From assembly GCA_041562555.1 (NCBI GenBank), contig JBFEXS010000025.1:1-21793 (forward strand): a stretch of DNA of 21,793 nt, read 5' to 3'. Below, in pieces: positions 15,646 to 21,793 of the stretch (its first letter is position 1; every line of letters begins with the position of its first letter). The stretch is from Sulfurimonadaceae bacterium. GTDB taxonomy: Bacteria; Campylobacterota; Campylobacteria; Campylobacterales; Sulfurimonadaceae. The notes under the pieces were generated by a model. That model worked only from the letters and a program-made list of their open reading frames with translations, was not told the origin of the DNA and ran no database searches. The position numbers were made by a program, and so were the translations under genes.

Positions 15646-16233
15646 ATGAAAGAGGTTAAAAAACACACTACGTATACTTTAGAGATTAAACAGTCAAAGT
15701 TCATAGCCCACCTGGTACCGTATGGCGCATATGATGAAACCCTTGACAATCTTAAGAGAGAGCATCCAAAAGCGAGGCATTTCGTTGTGGCTTGGCGGTA
15801 TATCAATGAGTTTGATCAAATCGTCGAGCATTGCAGTGATGACGGAGAGCCCAAAGGGACATCGGGTAAACCAAGTCTGGCGGTACTCTCGGGAAATGAC
15901 CTGATCAACAGTGCAGTCATTATAGTTCGGTATTTTGGCGGGACAAAATTGGGGACAGGAGGTCTTGTCCGTGCGTATTCAGACGCGTGCAACGGAGTCA
16001 TCGCACAGAGTGAACTCGTACCTTATGTGAAATTGCAACGTTTTAATTTTAGTTGTGACTACAGTGATATCTCGAAGATTGAATATAGGCTGCAACAGTG
16101 TGATATCACTGCTGTGCATAAAACCTTTGAGGCCGAAGGGGCTGTTTTCGAAGTCAGTGCAGAAGAAAATCAGTGGGAAAACTTTTTTAGTGAGAGTAAA
16201 CGAATGATTAAAATGAGACAAACCGCGCTATAA
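15646..16233 (+). CDS. yigZ: YigZ/IMPACT family protein
   Basis: IKQSKFIA, HPKARH, SDDGEPKGTSG.P, VRYFGGTKLGTGGLVRAY. Confidence 0.93.
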   Translation: MKEVKKHTTYTLEIKQSKFIAHLVPYGAYDETLDNLKREHPKARHFVVAWRYINEFDQIVEHCSDDGEPKGTSGKPSLAVLSGNDLINSAVIIVRYFGGTKLGTGGLVRAYSDACNGVIAQSELVPYVKLQRFNFSCDYSDISKIEYRLQQCDITAVHKTFEAEGAVFEVSAEENQWENFFSESKRMIKMRQTAL

Positions 16234-16263
16234 ATTAGGTTTTTTGGGGTTTCTTTATAGATT

Positions 16264-16286
16264 TTTAAGTAAAACTTAACTAAAAT
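16264..16286 (+). promoter_or_regulatory. sigma70 promoter of the rpmH operon (TTTAAGT...TAAAAT)
   Basis: Campylobacterota-type upstream element plus -10 TAAAAT at 16281-16286; RBS AAGGA downstream. Confidence 0.6.
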
Positions 16287-16319
16287 TGCACGAATATAAA
16301 TAACAGAAGGACGCTTGAT

Positions 16320-16454
16320 ATGAAACGTACTTATCAACCCCATAACACACCTCGTAAGCGTACGCACGGATTCCGTTCACGTATGGCTACAAAAAACGGT
16401 CGTAGAATCATTAATAGACGCCGCGCTAAAGGGCGTAAGAGCTTAACTGTATAA
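16320..16454 (+). CDS. rpmH: 50S ribosomal protein L34 (44 aa)
   Basis: Not in the ORF track; translates as [44 protein letters not shown]. Confidence 0.98.
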   Translation: MKRTYQPHNTPRKRTHGFRSRMATKNGRRIINRRRAKGRKSLTV

Positions 16455-16777
16455 ACCGCTTTGAGAAACTGAAACTTCCTCGGGAGTTCCAATTGGTTTA
16501 TAAACGGGGTAAGGCAGCTCATGCTAAATCCTCGGTACTCTTTTACCTCAAAGGAAATGAGTATAAAAAAGGCTTTACGGCCAGCAAGAAAGTCGGCAAT
16601 GCGGTTTACAGAAACCGTGCAAAACGTCGACTTCGTGCACTTTTCTTAGAATTTTCTCCTCAACTTACATCAGGTACCTATATTTTTGTAGCAAAAGAAG
16701 CTATTCGTAATACTTCCTATGAAACACTGAAACAGGATATTCAAAAAGCATTAAAGCGTGTGGGAGCGTATGGATGA
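16451..16777 (+). CDS. rnpA: Ribonuclease P protein component (start uncertain: ATA 16451, CTG 16469 or TTG 16493)
   Basis: [25 protein letters not shown] motif; conserved N-terminal LK...EF..VY segment lies upstream of TTG 16493. Confidence 0.9.
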   Translation: MNRFEKLKLPREFQLVYKRGKAAHAKSSVLFYLKGNEYKKGFTASKKVGNAVYRNRAKRRLRALFLEFSPQLTSGTYIFVAKEAIRNTSYETLKQDIQKALKRVGAYG

Positions 16778-17106
16778 TACGTAAGTTGTTGCTCAAACTT
16801 TTATGTCTGTATCAGAAGTTCTTCACACTGATCGGGTATGGATCGTGCCGTTATTATCCGACATGTTCCGAATATGCACGTTGGCAGTTTGAACAGAACT
16901 CGCTAATCAAGGCATTCTTTTTCACATTTGTCCGTATTTTACGCTGTAATCAGTTTTTTAAGGGTGGAATTGACTATCCTGTAGTGGACAAACTAAATTG
17001 TAAGATTAAAAAAGATAGAATATCTTCCATTAAATATTGGTACGTTCCCCGAGAGGACAACAAGTACTATCTTATTAAAAATTTTTCCAAAGGTAAATCG
17101 TGTTAG
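16774..17106 (+). CDS. yidD: Membrane protein insertion efficiency factor YidD
   Basis: CRYYPTCSEYA...RILRCNQF.KGG.DYP; located between rnpA and yidC. Confidence 0.93.
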   Translation: MIRKLLLKLLCLYQKFFTLIGYGSCRYYPTCSEYARWQFEQNSLIKAFFFTFVRILRCNQFFKGGIDYPVVDKLNCKIKKDRISSIKYWYVPREDNKYYLIKNFSKGKSC

Positions 17107-18680
17107 AAAAAATGACATCCAACCAAAGACTGATTCTCGCACTTGCGGCTTCATTTGTATTCTTCATAGCATATACAGCTATCTTCCCACCAGAACCAAT
17201 GAATAAAGAAAGCAATGAAAGTGTTAAAACGGCAGGTACAAATCCTGTGGCAGTGAAGGGGAGTGAAACAGCATCTGTTGACCTAGGTCATGATACCACG
17301 TCAACGACGAGTATATCGGGAGATGAGTCTATTCTTGCCAAACTTACAGGGAAGAACTATGTCCTGAGCATCGATACATTGGGCCGTATCGCACAAAAGG
17401 AGATGCTAGAAGAGAAGTTCGCCGACGAAGACACAGGGCATGCAAAACTTGTGGCTGAGACGGGAGCAAAACCGCTTTATATCCGTTTTTCAGACAAAGC
17501 TTTGAACGAAGAGGCGATGCGCACGCCGTATACCTCGGATGTTAAAGAGGCGAATCTTGTGGATGGACATGTGTCGGTGACATTGACACAGAAACTTTCT
17601 GAACTGACTGTTGTAAAGGAACTGACTTTTTATGCAGACGGTCATTATGATGTAAATATCAAATTGAGTGAAGACAAACGTTATTATATCTATCTTGGAA
17701 TGCACCCCACATTCTCGGATAAGCAGATGATGGCGGTTGAAGGTGCGATGATCGATACGGGTGATCATTTGATCACAATCGTAGAGGATGGCGATGCTGA
17801 TGCGATGACTTCATATAATAATGTGAACCTTGCATCTTCATTCTCTCAATATTTCGCATCTATTTTCTATAATTTGGACAAAGAGACAACCGTCAAAGTA
17901 GATAGAGATAGAGATGATAATCCTGTCGTATTTATGGAAGGGCGTCAGGATTTTACCTTTAACGGATATATAGGGCCAAAAGACTATAAGATCTTGCATA
18001 CGATCAAACCGGATCTTATTCATGCCATTGAATACGGTTGGTTTACGTTCGCAGCAGCACCACTTTTTCAACTATTGATGTTCTTACATGATATTGTAGG
18101 AAACTGGGGATGGGCGATCGTAATGTTGACGCTTATTATTCGTATGGTACTCTTTCCGCTCACGTTCAAGGGAATGGTCTCGATGCAAAAACTTAAGGAA
18201 GTGTCACCGAAAGTAAAAGAGCTTCAGGCTAAATATAAGGGCAATCCACAGCGTATGAATGCCGCTGTTATGGAGCTTTACAAGAAAGAGGGTGCAAATC
18301 CGCTAGGCGGGTGTCTTCCACTTTTGATGCAAATTCCTGTCTTTTTCGCGATTTATAGGGTATTATTAAATGCTGTAGAATTAAAAGGCGCAGAGTGGAT
18401 GCTGTGGATTACAGACTTGGCACATATGGACCCGACATTTATTTTACCGATTTTAATGGGTGCAACAATGTATTATCAACAAAAGATTACGCCAAGCAAT
18501 TTCACTGATCCGATGCAAGAAAAAATATTTAAGTTTTTACCGATCATTTTCACATTTTTCTTTGTGACGTTCCCGGCCGGTCTTGTTCTATACTGGTTAG
18601 TCAATAATATTTTCTCTATCGCTCAACAATTCGTAGTCAATAAAAAATTTGCAAGCCTAAAAAAGGCTAAAGAGGTATAA
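17100..18680 (+). CDS. yidC: Membrane protein insertase YidC
   Basis: N-terminal TM, periplasmic domain, YIGPK, EYGWF, GNWGWAI, NPLGGCLPLLMQIPVF, WITDL, PAGLVLYW. Confidence 0.97.
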   Translation: MLEKMTSNQRLILALAASFVFFIAYTAIFPPEPMNKESNESVKTAGTNPVAVKGSETASVDLGHDTTSTTSISGDESILAKLTGKNYVLSIDTLGRIAQKEMLEEKFADEDTGHAKLVAETGAKPLYIRFSDKALNEEAMRTPYTSDVKEANLVDGHVSVTLTQKLSELTVVKELTFYADGHYDVNIKLSEDKRYYIYLGMHPTFSDKQMMAVEGAMIDTGDHLITIVEDGDADAMTSYNNVNLASSFSQYFASIFYNLDKETTVKVDRDRDDNPVVFMEGRQDFTFNGYIGPKDYKILHTIKPDLIHAIEYGWFTFAAAPLFQLLMFLHDIVGNWGWAIVMLTLIIRMVLFPLTFKGMVSMQKLKEVSPKVKELQAKYKGNPQRMNAAVMELYKKEGANPLGGCLPLLMQIPVFFAIYRVLLNAVELKGAEWMLWITDLAHMDPTFILPILMGATMYYQQKITPSNFTDPMQEKIFKFLPIIFTFFFVTFPAGLVLYWLVNNIFSIAQQFVVNKKFASLKKAKEV

Positions 18681-18683
18681 AGA

Positions 18684-19667
18684 ATGGTCAAGATAGAAGC
18701 GGAGACCTTAGAAAGTGCTTATTCGCTGGCAGCTGGAGAGTTGTCATGTTCTATTACACAGCTTCATGTAGAGGTTATTCAAGCACCATCGAAGGGACTG
18801 TTCGGTCTTTTTAAAAAGAAGGCGATTATTGTTGCAAGTGCAAAAGTCGTATCTGAAGTCGCTACAAAGCCGAAAGAGGTGGCGGTAGAAGCTAAAAAAG
18901 AAGCTGAACCGGCACCTGTAAGACAGCCTGTAAAAAAAGTGGCTCCAAAAAAGAAACGCCCGCAAAAAGAGCAACAAACATCCCATAATGATATTATTCT
19001 TCCCGCTTCTTTTGTCACCGACCAGGAAGATGATTATGACGGTTCTGATCTGTATGATGATGAAGAAGAGATTTACATAGGCGAAGAGACTGAGATCTGT
19101 GACAAGTCTCATGATGAGATACATGAACAGTTAGAAAGAAGTTCACGGTCACGTCACAACCCTCAGGCTGTCGATAACTTCTTCGAGGAAGTGTGTAGGC
19201 CTTCTGAAGTTGCTCAAGAGATCAAACAGAAAGTTGATACACTCTTTAAGCATGCCTGTTTTGATATCGACGAGATCAAGGTATGTGAATATGATGACAA
19301 GACGATACTGATTGAGTTCAGCGGTAAAGATGCTGCACTACTTATCGGCAAGGAGGGATATCGTTACAAGGCCCTTTCTTACATGCTGTACAACTGGATC
19401 AATGCGACCTATCAACTGCAACTGCGTCTTGAGATCGCCGAGTTCTTAAAAAACCAGGAAGAGATGATCGGTAAATATCTTGAAAGCGTCTATGAAAATG
19501 TCAACAGGGATGGGAAGGCGCAGACCAAGATACTTGATGGAGTACTTGTACAGATTGCACTAAGAGAGCTTCGGGCGACATATCCGGATAAATATGTTGC
19601 TATCCGTTCGACTCGTGACGGTGCAAAGTTTATTATTATAAACTCTTTTAACAACGATAATTACTAA
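18684..19667 (+). CDS. jag: Jag/KhpB (EloR)-family RNA-binding protein, Campylobacterota type
   Basis: Jag N-domain (EVIQAPSKGLFGLFKKKAII), KH-like DAALLIGKEG, located between yidC and mnmE. Confidence 0.85.
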   Translation: MVKIEAETLESAYSLAAGELSCSITQLHVEVIQAPSKGLFGLFKKKAIIVASAKVVSEVATKPKEVAVEAKKEAEPAPVRQPVKKVAPKKKRPQKEQQTSHNDIILPASFVTDQEDDYDGSDLYDDEEEIYIGEETEICDKSHDEIHEQLERSSRSRHNPQAVDNFFEEVCRPSEVAQEIKQKVDTLFKHACFDIDEIKVCEYDDKTILIEFSGKDAALLIGKEGYRYKALSYMLYNWINATYQLQLRLEIAEFLKNQEEMIGKYLESVYENVNRDGKAQTKILDGVLVQIALRELRATYPDKYVAIRSTRDGAKFIIINSFNNDNY

Positions 19668-19678
19668 TCGGAGAACCT

Positions 19679-21022
19679 ATGAATGATACAATTGCGGCCG
19701 TTGCCACAGCCCATGGTATCGGTTCTATTTCCATTATTCGTCTCAGCGGCGATAATGCTCTGTCTATTGCCAAAACACTTTCAAACAAAACTGACTTTCA
19801 AGTACGACATGCAAGCCTTAGCCCTCTATATAACAAAGAGGGAAGTTTGATCGATGAAGCGATCATCGTCTATTTTAAAGCTCCCCACTCTTTTACGGCA
19901 GAAGATGTTGTTGAATTTCAATGTCATGGCGGGAAGATAGTGGCACAACAGGTACTTGATGCCGTCTTGCATGAGGGTGCGAGATTGGCTGAACCTGGAG
20001 AGTTTTCCAAGCGTGCCTTCATTAATGGCAGAATTGATCTTACTGAGGCTGAAGCAATCGCTCAATTGATCGAAGCCAAGAGTGAAGATGCCGCCAGAAT
20101 CTTGGCAAAACAGATGAAGGGTGAACTCAAAGGCTATGTGGAAGGGATCCGAGATGATCTCTTGAACATATTGGCCTATTCAGAAGTGACGATCGATTAT
20201 GCCGAAGAGGACCTTCCCCAGGATCTTATTGACCAGATCCTGGAGCGTCTGGGTACCTTGGATCTTCAACTGCGAGATACATTGCAGGCAAGTCAAAGCC
20301 GTGCAGGTTTGATGCAAGGATTCAAGGTCTCAATTATCGGAAAGCCCAATGTGGGTAAAAGCTCTTTATTAAATGCCTTGCTGAACTATAAACGTGCTAT
20401 TGTCTCAGATATCGCCGGAACAACTAGAGACACTATCGAAGAAGAGGTCAAGATCGGTACACATCTTATCCGTATGGTAGACACAGCGGGTATACGTAAT
20501 GCCAATGATGAGATCGAACGTATCGGTATTGAGCGCAGTATTGAAGCAATCGAACAGAGTGATATCGTTATTGCACTGTTTGACAACTCACGGGTCTTTG
20601 ATGAAGAAGATGAGAAGATCCTTTCGCTTATCGAAGAGCATCAGCAGGAAAAATCCTTTATTGTCTTGATCAATAAGACGGACCTGGAACCGAAACTTGA
20701 TGACACAATCATAGATGAGTATCATCCTATCCGCTTGAGTTGCAAAGAGAGTGCACGTGAGCTCATCGATGCCCTTAGGGAGATCATGGATACAAAAAAT
20801 GTCTCCGATGAGATGATGCTTATCTCTACTCGACAGATCAATGCAGTACAGAAGGCATTGCTGGAGATAAGTGAAGCGAAACATCCATTAGAAGAACAGG
20901 AGCTTGAGATCTTTTCGTTCCATATGAATATGGCGATCGGTGAGATATCTTTTATTACCCGTCCTTATGAGCATAGTGAAATGCTCGATAAGATGTTTGG
21001 AAACTTCTGTCTGGGGAAATGA
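19679..21022 (+). CDS. mnmE: tRNA uridine-34 modification GTPase MnmE (TrmE)
   Basis: DTIAAVAT, SFTAEDVVEFQCHGG, GKPNVGKSS, GTTRD, DTAG, NKTD, C-terminal FCLGK. Confidence 0.97.
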   Translation: MNDTIAAVATAHGIGSISIIRLSGDNALSIAKTLSNKTDFQVRHASLSPLYNKEGSLIDEAIIVYFKAPHSFTAEDVVEFQCHGGKIVAQQVLDAVLHEGARLAEPGEFSKRAFINGRIDLTEAEAIAQLIEAKSEDAARILAKQMKGELKGYVEGIRDDLLNILAYSEVTIDYAEEDLPQDLIDQILERLGTLDLQLRDTLQASQSRAGLMQGFKVSIIGKPNVGKSSLLNALLNYKRAIVSDIAGTTRDTIEEEVKIGTHLIRMVDTAGIRNANDEIERIGIERSIEAIEQSDIVIALFDNSRVFDEEDEKILSLIEEHQQEKSFIVLINKTDLEPKLDDTIIDEYHPIRLSCKESARELIDALREIMDTKNVSDEMMLISTRQINAVQKALLEISEAKHPLEEQELEIFSFHMNMAIGEISFITRPYEHSEMLDKMFGNFCLGK

Positions 21023-21423
21023 TGAAGATCATTGCTATTGATCTGGGACTCAAGCGTATAGGACTCGCCTATTCAGCCGATGGGAATTTTGTCACGCCGC
21101 TTAATGCAATAGAACGAAAAAACCGTAATCAGGCTTCGGCTGCAGTCAAAGAGGTCTTAGAAGAATGGGGTGTAGAAGCTGTTGTCATCGGTATACCTAT
21201 GGGAGGAAGTTCCGAAGATGAGATGCGTCGCCGAGTTGCGCATTTTATGAATCTTGTAGCCTTTGACGGACCTGTCTATTACCAAGACGAGTCACACTCA
21301 TCCTTGGAGGCGGAAGAGTCGATGAAGGGGATCATAAAGCAGAAAAAAGATGGAAGGATTGATTCCCTCGCGGCTAAAATTATTTTAGAGAGATGGGTTT
21401 TGGCAAATAAAAACATCATATAG
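21019..21423 (+). CDS. ruvX: YqgF/RuvX family nuclease
   Basis: IAIDLGLKRIGLA, VVIGIP, QDESHSS, IDSLAAKIIL; ATGA overlap with mnmE. Confidence 0.92.
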   Translation: MMKIIAIDLGLKRIGLAYSADGNFVTPLNAIERKNRNQASAAVKEVLEEWGVEAVVIGIPMGGSSEDEMRRRVAHFMNLVAFDGPVYYQDESHSSLEAEESMKGIIKQKKDGRIDSLAAKIILERWVLANKNII

Positions 21424-21500
21424 TTGTGTTTTATTTAAAATGATTAGTATAAATATGATAGTAAAATGATAATATTAATAAATTCTATTACAGGAGAAAG

Positions 21501-21793
21501 ATGATGTGCCACTTTGAACCCGTTGTACTCTTCATTAAAAGAGGATTGTTTGTTTTAGGTTTATTTACTGTTTTTTTACAAGCTGAAAACTTTTCTGAAT
21601 ATAAAAATGAATCAAATAAAAAATTTTTAGAGTTTAAGGGTGAAAAAACTAATGGGATACCTGATTCTGAAAGAGACAGAGGGTTAAGTCGAGGGAATCC
21701 ATGTGAGGAAAATACGGGGTATGGTTGTACAAAGACTGCCCGAGATGATCAGCTCAAAGCGGTCATGGAAGAAGATGATGATAATTTTTCTCA
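21501..21793 (+). CDS. Hypothetical secreted protein, runs off the right window edge
   Basis: Not in the ORF track. RBS AGGAG, ATG 21501, frame open to the edge: MMCHFEPVVLFIKRGLFVLGLFTVFLQA-ENFSEY...GNPCEENTGYGCTK...EEDDDNFS. Confidence 0.7.
   Translation, partial: MMCHFEPVVLFIKRGLFVLGLFTVFLQAENFSEYKNESNKKFLEFKGEKTNGIPDSERDRGLSRGNPCEENTGYGCTKTARDDQLKAVMEEDDDNFS

Noticed and set aside
16170..16522. Minus-strand ORFs 16170..16367 and 16334..16522
   Set aside because: Antisense shadows of rpmH and its promoter.
16320..21022. rpmH-rnpA-yidC-mnmE cluster not adjacent to dnaA/oriC
   Set aside because: Separation from dnaA is the usual arrangement in Campylobacter and Helicobacter; not novel.
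1..21793. CRISPR arrays, tRNA/rRNA genes, IS elements, prophage genes
   Set aside because: No repeat-spacer pattern, cloverleaf, transposase or integrase seen; intergenic spaces are all under about 150 nt.

Overview
Core-genome segment of a Campylobacterota (Epsilonproteobacteria) chromosome, most similar in gene order and protein style to Sulfurimonas/Sulfuricurvum-type sulfur oxidisers (inference). It carries two conserved housekeeping blocks: pal-cpoB-slyD-(Fis-HTH protein)-fabD-(CN-hydrolase)-mtnN-ttcA, and rpmH-rnpA-yidD-yidC-jag-mnmE-ruvX. It also carries a B12-binding radical SAM gene, a stand-alone chorismate mutase, an orphan histidine kinase, a rhodanese, mutY, yigZ and a putative outer-membrane beta-barrel. 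I found no mobile element, CRISPR array, tRNA or rRNA. The best candidate for an uncharacterised system is a translationally coupled pair (polytopic coiled-coil membrane protein plus vWA/MIDAS lipoprotein, 2425..4613) sitting where tolB usually precedes pal. Other signals read from the DNA: six perfect bacterial N-glycosylation sequons clustered in the outer-membrane protein; an unannotated 43-aa lipoprotein; an rnpA that needs a non-canonical (probably ATA) start; probable leaderless mRNAs (radical SAM, mutY, yigZ); a degenerate NtrC-like AAA+/Fis protein overlapping the SlyD metal-binding tail; and a cysteine-depleted TtcA.
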